This document shows, piece after piece, positions 38,438-47,999 of a DNA stretch of 64,000 nt. The DNA lies in the sequence record AP029161.1. One strand, 5' to 3'. How positions within the stretch are numbered: position 1 is the first letter of the stretch; every line of letters starts with the position of its first letter. The position numbers were made by a program, and so were the translations under genes. The notes beneath the pieces were generated by a model, which had not been told where the DNA came from, made no database searches, and saw only the letters and a program-made list of their open reading frames with translations. The DNA comes from a plasmid.

Positions 38438-39602
38438 AAAGTATGGTCTAACTAAATCTGGATTTGTAAAAAAAGATTTTCTTACTTGCTATTCGGAAAT
38501 AAGCGAATCTTTTAAAAGTAAAATAAATCAAAATATTGATTTAAGTCCTACATCTGTTTTTGGAAATATAATAGGAATTTTTGCAGAAAGAGAATCTTTA
38601 TTGTGGGATGGATTACAAGAGTTAAGTACAGCTATGAATCCAAATAACGCCACAGGAATACCATTACAAAATGCTATAGCCATTAATGGAATTTCAAAAC
38701 AAGAGGCGACAGCTTCAAAAGTTGTTCTAACATTTTCTGGAAAAATAGGAACAAAAATTCCAGCTGGAACAGGTGTTGCAATTCCTGATACTTCTTATCA
38801 ATTTAATACAAAATTAGACTCAGTAATTGGACAAAATGGGACTGTTGATATTGAAGCTGAATGCTCAATTTTAGGAGAAGTAAAAGCTTTAGCAGGAAGC
38901 ATTACTAAGATTTTAAATCCGATTTATAATATTGAGTCATGTGCAAACAAAAATGATGCGGTTGTGGGTCAATTTGAAGAAACGGAAGAAGATTTAAAAA
39001 TTAGAAGATTGCAATTACTGCAAAGAGCTGGTTCAGCAACTGAAAAAGGAATTCGTGCAGCAATACAAAAAGTTGAGGGTGTTAAAACATCTATATTATT
39101 AAATGCTGAAACTTCAAAATATATTCCTTCTGGTTCAATTCATTTGTATGTCGAGGGTGGCGAACCATTGGCAATTGCAAATGCAATTAATAATTCAAGA
39201 GGTGGTGGCTGCCTCTTATATTCAGATGAAAGTTCTATTAAAAATACCATAAAAGATTCTCAGGGAATCGACAGAGTAATTTCATTTTCTCGACCAAAAG
39301 AAAAAATAATTTATCTTTCAATTGCTTTAAAAACAAATTCAGATTTTCCTGTAAATGGATTTGATCAAGTTAAAAGTTCAATTATTGATTATGCAAATAA
39401 AAATTTAACGATTGGAAAATCACTAATAAATTCCTCTTTATATGTACCTATAAATTCTGTTAGTGGAATAATAGGAATTCAAATTTATCAAGGAATAGCT
39501 CCTAATCCAACCGATTCAATAAATATACAAGTAGAGCCTATTGAATATGCCAAATTAGATACATCAAGAATAAATTTTATTGATTGGAAAGGTAAATTTT
39601 AA
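38430..39602 (+). CDS. baseplate J-like protein (XkdT / gp6-like)
   Basis: 390 aa, follows the wedge gene, typical size and order. Confidence 0.6.
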   Translation: MDKKYGLTKSGFVKKDFLTCYSEISESFKSKINQNIDLSPTSVFGNIIGIFAERESLLWDGLQELSTAMNPNNATGIPLQNAIAINGISKQEATASKVVLTFSGKIGTKIPAGTGVAIPDTSYQFNTKLDSVIGQNGTVDIEAECSILGEVKALAGSITKILNPIYNIESCANKNDAVVGQFEETEEDLKIRRLQLLQRAGSATEKGIRAAIQKVEGVKTSILLNAETSKYIPSGSIHLYVEGGEPLAIANAINNSRGGGCLLYSDESSIKNTIKDSQGIDRVISFSRPKEKIIYLSIALKTNSDFPVNGFDQVKSSIIDYANKNLTIGKSLINSSLYVPINSVSGIIGIQIYQGIAPNPTDSINIQVEPIEYAKLDTSRINFIDWKGKF

Positions 39603-40181
39603 TTGGAAAAAATAGAAAATCATGCTGAAGAAGCTAAAAAAAGATTATTAAAACAATTTCAAAATAGCAAAATATTAAATGATTTTGTTGAAACAATTGG
39701 AGAAAGATTTCAAGAATTAGAAGATGAGCTTTTTAATTTATATTTACTGAATTATTTGAATGCAGAAGGAAATAAACTAGATGATTTTGGAGATATTATT
39801 GGGTCTTTGAAAGCTGGACTTGACGATGAGAAATTTAAAAACTTGTTAACTGCAGCTATTTGCGAAAATAATTCAGAAGGAACAATTGAAGATTTAATTC
39901 AGATTTGTAGACTCTTAACCCGTCCAAAAAAGGTTTTACTTTTTGAATCCGCTCCTAATCAAGTTTCTTTAGTTTCTATCAATCCTCAGCCTCTTGCAGA
40001 TTTAAAAACAATTTCCAGAGCATTGAGAAGTTCAAAACTTGCTAATTCAGAACTTTCTACATTTTTAATTAATTTAGACAGTCCGTATTTATTTTGCGAA
40101 AGTCAATTCATAAAGCCATGCGGATTTGGAATTGAAGAAATTCCAAAATCTGGTGGAAGATTTGCGATAGAATTGGAGTAA
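39603..40181 (+). CDS. tail protein (XkdU/DUF2313-like position), TTG start
   Basis: Follows baseplate J. Late motif copy 6 lies in its 3' end. Confidence 0.4.
   Translation: MEKIENHAEEAKKRLLKQFQNSKILNDFVETIGERFQELEDELFNLYLLNYLNAEGNKLDDFGDIIGSLKAGLDDEKFKNLLTAAICENNSEGTIEDLIQICRLLTRPKKVLLFESAPNQVSLVSINPQPLADLKTISRALRSSKLANSELSTFLINLDSPYLFCESQFIKPCGFGIEEIPKSGGRFAIELE
40074..40087 (+). promoter_or_regulatory. late-operon motif TTAGACAGTCCGTA, copy 6 (internal to the 39603 gene, upstream of the tail-fibre/lysis genes)
   Basis: Exact 13-mer. Confidence 0.45.
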
Positions 40182-40183
40182 CA

Positions 40184-40870
40184 ATGACAGTAGAAAGACC
40201 TGATGAATTTCCAGAATGGGCTACAAAAAATGAATCACTGATAAAATCGCCCACAATTGAGAAGAGAAAATTAGGATATTCGATAGACTCTACAACAGGA
40301 CTTCCTGATATCCCATCTTTAAAAGGTGAAAACTGGTTTAGGAATTTAGTATATAAATGGTTAAAGTATTTTGATGATAAAGTTTCTAATATAAGTTTCT
40401 CTATAAATTCTTTGTCTATTTCAAGTAAAGAAAAAAAGATCGATCTAAATAAATGGTATGATTTGGAATCTTTTGTTGTTCCAAAAGGAAAATGGCTTTT
40501 TATTATTTCTTTTAATCATTCAATTATGCGAGAACAACAACTTTCTAACATTGAACAATCACCTGTTTTTATTTGTGGTATTAGTAAAAATAGAGGTGAG
40601 CTTTCAGATATAAAATCAGGCACTAATATTGAAATAGTAAAAAGAATTCTTAGTTTAAGTGAGGTAGGGAATACTCTTTATAGTTCATATTTAGCTAAAG
40701 AATATGAGCAAGGAAAATTAGGTGCAGCAGTAGAAAATATTGGTTATTCGTGTGTAATAAATGAACCAGTAGATACAACATATTATATTAAAGATTTATG
40801 TTTTTCGTTTCCAAATGGGCAGGATATTTTTAAAGTATTTTATCAAATTAACGCAATTAAATTAGGATAA
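40184..40870 (+). CDS. tail fibre / receptor-binding protein candidate
   Basis: Last structural gene before the lysis cassette. Confidence 0.4.
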   Translation: MTVERPDEFPEWATKNESLIKSPTIEKRKLGYSIDSTTGLPDIPSLKGENWFRNLVYKWLKYFDDKVSNISFSINSLSISSKEKKIDLNKWYDLESFVVPKGKWLFIISFNHSIMREQQLSNIEQSPVFICGISKNRGELSDIKSGTNIEIVKRILSLSEVGNTLYSSYLAKEYEQGKLGAAVENIGYSCVINEPVDTTYYIKDLCFSFPNGQDIFKVFYQINAIKLG

Positions 40871-40880
40871 AGGAGTATAA

Positions 40881-41252
40881 ATGTCAGAATCCAAAGAAGA
40901 TATTGCCGCAGCTGTACGAGAGTTTTTTATTGCAATTAAATCTTCTCCAAATACCATGATTTTATTATTGGTTTTAGTTTGCGTTGGTTTTTCCTCATTG
41001 GTTACTTATTTAGTTTTTCAGAATTCAGGACAAAATAGTAAATATTATTCTGAATCTTTAATGAATCAACTTCAAGTTGCTAATCAGCAAGTGAAGCAAT
41101 TTAATGAAAATATATCAGTTACTAATATTGCTTTAAGTCAGCTTAAGGAACAATTTTCTGATTTTAAATCAATGCAAAGTGAAATTCAAAGTTCTATCAA
41201 GGATCATGAGAGAAGGCTTATAAAAATTGAAGTTAAGGAAGGAATTAGGTGA
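40881..41252 (+). CDS. holin-like membrane protein (one TM helix plus coiled coil)
   Basis: TM segment ILLLVLVCVGFSSLVTYLVF, directly upstream of the endolysin, SD aaggag. Confidence 0.4.
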   Translation: MSESKEDIAAAVREFFIAIKSSPNTMILLLVLVCVGFSSLVTYLVFQNSGQNSKYYSESLMNQLQVANQQVKQFNENISVTNIALSQLKEQFSDFKSMQSEIQSSIKDHERRLIKIEVKEGIR

Positions 41253-41677
41253 ATAAATTATCAGAAAATTTTTCATTAGAAGAATTTGAATATTCAAATA
41301 AAGCATTAGAACTTTCAGTAAAAAATAAAGCTCCTGAAAATGTTGTTTTAAATTTGAAAGCAATGTGCGAAGGATTATTGGAAATATTAAGGGAAAATTT
41401 AAATTGTAGTATTAAAGTTTCTTCAGGATATCGCTGCCCAGAACTAAACAAAGCAGTAGGTGGAAGACCTAATTCTAAACACATGCTCGGACAAGCGGCA
41501 GATATTTATGTTGATAAATTCTCTGCTCTAGAATTATTTAATTACATCAAAAATAATAAAGATAAATTTGATTATGACCAGCTTATTTTTGAAAAATCAG
41601 GGGCAAAAAGATGGGTTCATATTTCATATGTAAGTACTGAAAATAATAGAAAACAAGATTTAATTTTGAGTTTTTAA
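41249..41677 (+). CDS. endolysin, peptidase M15 (L-Ala-D-Glu / D-Ala-D-Ala peptidase family)
   Basis: Motifs SSGYRCPELN..SKHMLGQAADIY (zinc ligands H/D/H). Confidence 0.8.
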   Translation: MNKLSENFSLEEFEYSNKALELSVKNKAPENVVLNLKAMCEGLLEILRENLNCSIKVSSGYRCPELNKAVGGRPNSKHMLGQAADIYVDKFSALELFNYIKNNKDKFDYDQLIFEKSGAKRWVHISYVSTENNRKQDLILSF

Positions 41678-42247
41678 ATGAGTTTAAAATATAAGATAAT
41701 ATTCATTTTAATTATTATTGTTTCATCATTTCTTATTGGGAGAATAACTTCACCTGAAAAATTAATTACTGAAACTAAAATTGAAAAGTATCGGGATGAG
41801 GAAGCGATTAAAGTTGCTGTTGAGCAAGCAATTCAAAAAACTCGTGCTGAATTTAAGAAAAAGGTTGTCATCGACAAAACCAAATTAAAAGATGGGACTG
41901 AAACTTTACATAAGGAAATATTTAGCGAAGGAATAATGCTTAGCGAGAAATTAAACTTAGGAATCCAAAAAGAAGATGTCAGAGTTAGAGAGTATCAATT
42001 AACCGAGTTTAAAAGCCCTTTAAAACGCTTCTCTGTAAATATTGTTGTAGGAGTTGAATATCTTATTCCTAACAATATTAATGAATTTAATTTAAGCAAT
42101 TTTAATAAATTCGATGCCTATGCTTCAGGCAAAGCTTCTTTAAGAGTGATTGATAATTTTTGGTTCGGAACAGGCGCAAAAAAATATTTAACAAAAGATC
42201 AAAATTTTGTTTTTTCAGAAATCGGATACCATACTTATTTATGGTAG
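41678..42247 (+). CDS. spanin/outer-membrane-associated lysis protein candidate
   Basis: N-terminal TM helix. C-terminal alternating aromatic beta-signal ..GYHTYLW. Confidence 0.4.
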   Translation: MSLKYKIIFILIIIVSSFLIGRITSPEKLITETKIEKYRDEEAIKVAVEQAIQKTRAEFKKKVVIDKTKLKDGTETLHKEIFSEGIMLSEKLNLGIQKEDVRVREYQLTEFKSPLKRFSVNIVVGVEYLIPNNINEFNLSNFNKFDAYASGKASLRVIDNFWFGTGAKKYLTKDQNFVFSEIGYHTYLW

Positions 42248-42273
42248 TGTAAAAATGAAAGGAAGAAAAACGC

Positions 42274-42915
42274 ATGGATGCTGTTTTTGATAAAATTTTT
42301 AAAAATGGAATTTTAAACAAATATAAGGTTGAGCGAATTACAGGACGTGAATATTGGGATATTTTTTATCGAGAATTTGAGCAAGATAATCTTCAAAAAA
42401 TAACTTTCATTAGAGAAGGACTTCTCACTGAAGAGCAGAAAGAAAAAAGAAAATCTTTAGAAGAAAGATATAAGTCTGAAAAAATTGAAAATTACATTGT
42501 TGTAAAAGATGGTGATTTAAATATTGCTTTGTTTAGAGGTGAACAAAAAGATATCGATATTTATTACATGCGACATGCAATTGTTAGAAAAGAATATCGT
42601 GGAAAAGGAATTTATAACGATTACCTAGATAAGATTATAGAATACGCAAATGAGCGTGGATTCTTACAAATTATAAGCTGTTTTGTTTTGTCCAACATAG
42701 ATATTTATCGAACTAAAACAAAAAAAGATTTTTATATCACAGCAACCGAAACTCATGCTGAATGGGGACAAATTGGGTGGCTATGTAAATTCCTAAATGA
42801 AGATTTAAGAAAAGCTTTTCTTTTTAGATGTGGGAATATCGAATTTTCTAAAAAGCTTTATAATAATTCTGAAAGAAGCGCAAATAGCTTTATAAAATTT
42901 CTAAACGGATTTTAA
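42274..42915 (+). CDS. GNAT-family N-acetyltransferase
   Basis: Acetyl-CoA motif IVRKEYRGKGIYNDYL. Confidence 0.5.
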   Translation: MDAVFDKIFKNGILNKYKVERITGREYWDIFYREFEQDNLQKITFIREGLLTEEQKEKRKSLEERYKSEKIENYIVVKDGDLNIALFRGEQKDIDIYYMRHAIVRKEYRGKGIYNDYLDKIIEYANERGFLQIISCFVLSNIDIYRTKTKKDFYITATETHAEWGQIGWLCKFLNEDLRKAFLFRCGNIEFSKKLYNNSERSANSFIKFLNGF

Positions 42916-42984
42916 TCTTTTTTTATTGACTACTAAATTTTTTTTTGTTTTCATTTATACCTTAGTTCAAATATTGAGGAATAA

Positions 42985-43509
42985 ATGAAGTATATTTTTG
43001 TGTTTATCATCCCATTTATTTTATTTGTGATCTATTTTTATTCTGATGATGACAAAATATTTCTTCCAGATAAAGAAGCGGCTAAAAAATTAGATGAGGC
43101 AATTGAACTTTGCTTAATAAGATTTAACGTAATGAAATCTGTACTTTCAAATATGTATAATGAAAGATATTCTTTTAAAAATGATAATAATGGTTATATA
43201 TTTATTGATTTAATTAGAGAATTTAACATCTCTAAAGATAGATGTATTTCATCACAAAGTAATATTAAAGAAATTTTAAATAATTATAAATTCACAAGAG
43301 AAATGGAATATAAATTCGACAAAGCTTCAAGTAAAATTGATTTATATTATGATTATAATAGAAAATTTTCATATGAATTAACAAATTATATTAATGTAAA
43401 AATTTTAAATTCAAGCGATTTTAATACTTTCTTTTATTTAAGTGGGCATAGAGAATTAGCAGAATTACTAACTGCTTTTTTAAAAGCTGAAAATCAGAGA
43501 AAAATTTAA
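42985..43509 (+). CDS. secreted/membrane-anchored hypothetical protein
   Basis: N-terminal hydrophobic helix. Confidence 0.4.
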   Translation: MKYIFVFIIPFILFVIYFYSDDDKIFLPDKEAAKKLDEAIELCLIRFNVMKSVLSNMYNERYSFKNDNNGYIFIDLIREFNISKDRCISSQSNIKEILNNYKFTREMEYKFDKASSKIDLYYDYNRKFSYELTNYINVKILNSSDFNTFFYLSGHRELAELLTAFLKAENQRKI

Positions 43510-43521
43510 TAAAGGAGTTTT

Positions 43522-43932
43522 ATGAAAAGATGTTTAATAGTTTCATTTTTACTAAGTCCTTCAATTTTATTTGCTTCATATAAAATTGATTTTAATCTAT
43601 ATCCTCATGAGAAAGGAGGGAACTCAGATGCTTCAACTTTTTCATCTTCAAAGCTAATAAATTTTCCTAAAAATTATATTGGTAAAACAATTACAGCTCC
43701 GATACTTTACTGTTTTACGTCAGAATTAAAAGGAAAAGATTTAAATAATAAAGAAGTACTATTTGATGGTGTGAGGTGTGCATCTGGAGATATTTCGGTA
43801 GGTGTTATAATGGATTTAAAAGACAGAGAACTAGCAAAAAATGATAAATATAGAAATGTAACTGGAAAAATTGTTGCTACTGATCCTGGTGGATTTAATA
43901 TCCTTATAATAAAACCTGAAATACTTAAATAA
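43522..43932 (+). CDS. secreted protein
   Basis: Signal peptide MKRCLIVSFLLSPSILFA; SD aaggag. Confidence 0.4.
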   Translation: MKRCLIVSFLLSPSILFASYKIDFNLYPHEKGGNSDASTFSSSKLINFPKNYIGKTITAPILYCFTSELKGKDLNNKEVLFDGVRCASGDISVGVIMDLKDRELAKNDKYRNVTGKIVATDPGGFNILIIKPEILK

Positions 43933-44009
43933 CTAATTAAAATTATTTATTTTTATCTTAATTTTAAAATTGTGATTTACGTAATATTTTAATATTATTA
44001 ATTTTCTTA

Positions 44010-45614
44010 TTATTCATATATTTCTTTAATAAAATCTTTAAATGCTTCAGCTATTTCATATAGAGTAATACTACTATTTAATTCACTTTTTTGATGAAGA
44101 ATTTCTTGATTTAAATTTAAAATTTTATTTGATTGTTCAATAATTTTTTCTACACCAAAATTTTTTAAATTATCTTTATTTATAAATAAAATCATCATCC
44201 AATTATATATATTTACATACTCAATTTTACTAAATATTGATTCAATTTTATACTCCCTGTAAAATTCATTTAAAACAAACTCTCTAAATAGATAATATTC
44301 TACAGGAAAACCAAAGAAATTACATTTTTTATGATATACAATAGTGATAAAGTAGAGTTCTTTAAATTTTAAATAGTGATCGAAATTTTCTTTTACTATG
44401 TTATTAATTAAAGAATTCCAAAAATTATGAATTATACTTTGATTATTAAAATCTTTAAGATTTGTATCTCCTAATCTTAGATGGTTACATAAAACCTTTA
44501 AATTTTCTTCTAGTTCAAATTCATTTAAATGTATTTTTTTGGAAATTCTCCTTATTAAATCATTTAAAGTATTAAATTTTACTAGCATACTATAGCTATG
44601 GTAATCAGAATTGCTATTATTTAAATTAAAATATAGCATAAATTCAAAGTAATCAATTATTTCTATAATCTCTCTTGTGCTAAATATTTTTAAAAACTTA
44701 AGCTCATCAGGAAGAGATTTTGTTTCATTTAAAATAAATGGAAACATGTTGTTATTAATTTTTTTATGCAAAATATTATTTAATATCTCAGGAATTATAT
44801 CTAATTGAAAATATTTCGCATTTAATTTTTCGATCATTTCAATAGCATTGTTTTTATTGTCATTTTTCGAGTATCCAAAGGGGACTATGTATTTTCTCCT
44901 GTATCTGAGTAAATTTGATAATAAGGCCCAACGGTCTTCTTCTTTTAATGAACTTCGATCAAGATCATCTAAAATTATTACTTTAATTTTGTTATCGTAC
45001 CATAATTCAATAGATTCAAAAAAACAATTATAAATGTATGATATTTTTAATTTATTTGTTGCAAAAATAAAAGGAATAATTAAAAAAATGAAATAAATAA
45101 TTGTACTGTATGATGAATAATCAAAACCGACAATTTTTTTAAAATATAATTCATTATAAAATATAATCAAAATTGATAATATAAAATAATAAATGGAAAA
45201 AAATATTTTCCAGTGTTTTGGTGCTATATGTGAATACGCTTCATCTAAAGTAGAAATTCCAAAAAAAGAAATTTTCTTTTTATAATATCTACTATTCAAG
45301 CATAATTCATGAACTACTCTATCTGAAAGAGCGGATTTACCCGCACCCCATTCACCAATTATAAACACTGTTTTATTATTTCTATCTAAAAAAGCTTTAA
45401 TTTCACTAATTTTATTAGTATGATATTTGAATTCTATAAAATCCGAAGGAGTATTATTTTTATCTATTTCATTCCAAAATAGATAAAAAGATTCTTTCAA
45501 TATTTCATAGTATGTATATATGTTAAAAATTCTTTTGATTTTATTAGTACAATTATCTTTTAATTTAATATATTTTTCAGATTTTATCATACAAATTATT
45601 TCACCAGTGTACAC
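44010..45614 (-). CDS. KAP-family P-loop NTPase
   Basis: Walker A GEWGAGKSAL and Walker B VIILDDLDR are separated by two inserted TM helices (FFSIYYFILSILIIFY and IIYFIFLIIPFIFA), the hallmark of the KAP family. Confidence 0.7.
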   Translation of the reverse strand: MYTGEIICMIKSEKYIKLKDNCTNKIKRIFNIYTYYEILKESFYLFWNEIDKNNTPSDFIEFKYHTNKISEIKAFLDRNNKTVFIIGEWGAGKSALSDRVVHELCLNSRYYKKKISFFGISTLDEAYSHIAPKHWKIFFSIYYFILSILIIFYNELYFKKIVGFDYSSYSTIIYFIFLIIPFIFATNKLKISYIYNCFFESIELWYDNKIKVIILDDLDRSSLKEEDRWALLSNLLRYRRKYIVPFGYSKNDNKNNAIEMIEKLNAKYFQLDIIPEILNNILHKKINNNMFPFILNETKSLPDELKFLKIFSTREIIEIIDYFEFMLYFNLNNSNSDYHSYSMLVKFNTLNDLIRRISKKIHLNEFELEENLKVLCNHLRLGDTNLKDFNNQSIIHNFWNSLINNIVKENFDHYLKFKELYFITIVYHKKCNFFGFPVEYYLFREFVLNEFYREYKIESIFSKIEYVNIYNWMMILFINKDNLKNFGVEKIIEQSNKILNLNQEILHQKSELNSSITLYEIAEAFKDFIKEIYE

Positions 45615-45680
45615 GAATAGAAAAAAAACTAATCCGAGTATTATAACATAGATATTAAATTTCTAAATAATTGCATCTAT

Positions 45681-46370
45681 TTATTTGTTTTTTTTCTCTC
45701 TAATCAATCTTCTCTGCTCATTTCCAACCGCTTGCATTCTTATAAAGTATGATCGATGCCTATACCCAGCTTCATAATATTCAGGTTCGTGAATTAATCT
45801 AAAAAGTTCATCAGGGGATTTTTTTAAAGCTTCCTCGGCTTTTTCTTTTCCAATAGCCTTAATTGCTCCACAGGCATGAGCGATAAAAGCAGGTCTTGCA
45901 ATTTCTGGGCGTTTTAAACACTTGGCTAGCAAACGTCGGGTCCAGTTACCAATCCTTTTGTCTATGTGATATAGTAAAAAATTTGGAGCGCATTTTAATT
46001 TTGTGTCTTTACCTCTTTTTTCTATGCTAATCTTTTTACGATTCAAAATATGCTGAATCTCTTTTTCTGCAAATTCAGCATCTTGAATTTTATCAGCTTT
46101 AATAAGCATTATAGAAAGTCCCTTTTTTTGACTTTCTGATAACTTATCCCCGTCTTTAAATGAGCAAATAATAGAAGCTATGGCTTCAACAAATTGCGGG
46201 TCCACCTGCTTAACTGTTTGTGGAATTTTAATTTTGCGAAGCTCTTCCCTAAACTCACTTTTTTGATTTCTAAGATAAAGAGATCTATTTTTGCCCATTA
46301 TACAACCATTTCTGATAGTTAAAATTCGCCATCTGCACATTGAAGACAGGTAAGTCCCAGCTTGCGCCAC
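45681..46370 (-). CDS. hypothetical protein (start probably at the internal Met near 46298)
   Basis: ORF track; overlaps the HAD gene only if the long start is used. Confidence 0.4.
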   Translation of the reverse strand: MAQAGTYLSSMCRWRILTIRNGCIMGKNRSLYLRNQKSEFREELRKIKIPQTVKQVDPQFVEAIASIICSFKDGDKLSESQKKGLSIMLIKADKIQDAEFAEKEIQHILNRKKISIEKRGKDTKLKCAPNFLLYHIDKRIGNWTRRLLAKCLKRPEIARPAFIAHACGAIKAIGKEKAEEALKKSPDELFRLIHEPEYYEAGYRHRSYFIRMQAVGNEQRRLIREKKNK

Positions 46371-46816
46371 ATATCAACTACTTGTCTACGATCATCAACG
46401 CAAAAAATCACGTCATATTTTGGCTGAATGTGCAAATTGTAGATCTCTTGCTTAATCACTGCATCCTGTCGAAAATCTTGATCTTTTCTCATTAGCAGTA
46501 AATCGTAATATTGATCATGGGTGGCTAGCCATTCTTCAGTTATTTTTCTTGTAAATTCATTTCTACCAGTAACTAATATTATTTTGTGAGAATCTTTAAA
46601 ACTTGAAATTATTGAAGCGCACCAAGTGTTTAACTTATCTTGAATTATATTTTCATCTTTTGAAAATGATTTCCAATCTTTTTTAGTTCCTGCAATAAAG
46701 CATCTTCTGTGCTCACAATCTGCTAAAGTTCCATCCAAATCGATTATAATTGCTTTTTGTTTCATAATTTTTCCTTTTATTAATACATTGGGCTTTGTTG
46801 ATATAGAGCACTCCAA
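46319..46816 (-). CDS. HAD-superfamily phosphatase (polynucleotide 3'-phosphatase / 5'-nucleotidase-like)
   Basis: Motif I IIDLDGTLAD, motif III K, motif IV VDDR. Confidence 0.65.
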   Translation of the reverse strand: MECSISTKPNVLIKGKIMKQKAIIIDLDGTLADCEHRRCFIAGTKKDWKSFSKDENIIQDKLNTWCASIISSFKDSHKIILVTGRNEFTRKITEEWLATHDQYYDLLLMRKDQDFRQDAVIKQEIYNLHIQPKYDVIFCVDDRRQVVDMWRKLGLTCLQCADGEF

Positions 46817-47487
46817 AATGTTTTATGAATATTATCTTTCAATAATTGATAATCAAATCTATCACTTAAAAATTTTCCATCATCATCAATAGCTTTATAA
46901 ATTAAATGTTTCCATTCTAGTTTTTTAAATTTGGTCATTAAATAAGCTGTATTATCATTAAGAGACCATCTTGATCCAACATGAATAAAAATACCACCTT
47001 TTTTCATGTGTTTTCTTATTAACTGATTTAAGCATTGTTTCATACTATCTCTTATTAATTTATTATTTAGTTTGTGCTCATCATTAATAAAATCATCTGT
47101 TATAATTAAGTCATATCTAGCTCCTTTTAATAGGGATAAATTGCTGTATGAATTAAAATTTAAATTTGTACATGAGAAATTTTCACGTAATTTTATCTTA
47201 CTTAATATTTTAAATTCTCTAAATATTTTTTCAGAAGAATAATTATTTGTCCCTACTACACAAATATTTATTTTATCATTTTTAGAATATAAATAACTTG
47301 GTAAGTATTTACAGAATAATTCAGTTTTTAAATGCCTTGGAGGCAAGTCAAATATTAAATACGATTTATTTTTGAATAAATTTGTTTCAATTTCATAATC
47401 TATCTTTGATAATATATCATCAATATAAGGATACATTTCAAGATTTATAAATTTTTTAACAAAATAATTTCTAAAATTGTTTTCCAT
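46780..47487 (-). CDS. terminase large-subunit ATPase-domain-only paralog
   Basis: PPRHLKT, YDLIITDDF, IFIHVGSRWSLND and ALYQQSP align with terL PPRHGKS, ILSIDDP, ILTLTRWHDDD and ALYQQDP. The protein ends 5 aa after the Q motif, with no nuclease domain. Confidence 0.5.
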   Translation of the reverse strand: MENNFRNYFVKKFINLEMYPYIDDILSKIDYEIETNLFKNKSYLIFDLPPRHLKTELFCKYLPSYLYSKNDKINICVVGTNNYSSEKIFREFKILSKIKLRENFSCTNLNFNSYSNLSLLKGARYDLIITDDFINDEHKLNNKLIRDSMKQCLNQLIRKHMKKGGIFIHVGSRWSLNDNTAYLMTKFKKLEWKHLIYKAIDDDGKFLSDRFDYQLLKDNIHKTFWSALYQQSPMY

Positions 47488-47553
47488 GTAATAATTCTTT
47501 CATTTAAGTTGAATTTATTGAAATAGTTAGCTCTAAAAAGTAATAGGTATCTA

Positions 47554-47967
47554 CTAAAAGGGAATATCATCCATCATAGGTCTTGAATTTGAACTAAATT
47601 CAGAATCATATCCATCATAATCATCTGTTTTTTTATCTCCATTACTCTCTAAAAATTGCATGTTATGACCAAGGATTTCTGTCGCATAACGTTTTTGTCC
47701 TTGCTGATCTTCCCAAGAGCGAGTTTGAAGTTCTCCCTCGATATAAAGTAATCTTCCCTTTTTTAAATATTTTCTTGCATTTTCTGCATGATTTCCCCAC
47801 AAAATAACTCTGTGCCATTCTGTTTTAGTTTCTTTTTTCCCATCTTTAGTCCAAGTCTTACTTGTAGCGAGGCTTAATGTGCAAACATTATGACCCGATG
47901 TTGTTGCTCGTAATTCTGGATCTTGACCTAATCTTCCTACTAAAATAACTTTATTTACGCTCGACAT
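47554..47967 (-). CDS. ssb: single-stranded DNA-binding protein
   Basis: OB-fold motifs ([18 protein letters not shown]) and acidic tail DDIPF. Confidence 0.85.
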   Translation of the reverse strand: MSSVNKVILVGRLGQDPELRATTSGHNVCTLSLATSKTWTKDGKKETKTEWHRVILWGNHAENARKYLKKGRLLYIEGELQTRSWEDQQGQKRYATEILGHNMQFLESNGDKKTDDYDGYDSEFSSNSRPMMDDIPF

Positions 47968-47999
47968 TTATTATATTCCTTTTAAAAATTAATTTTATT

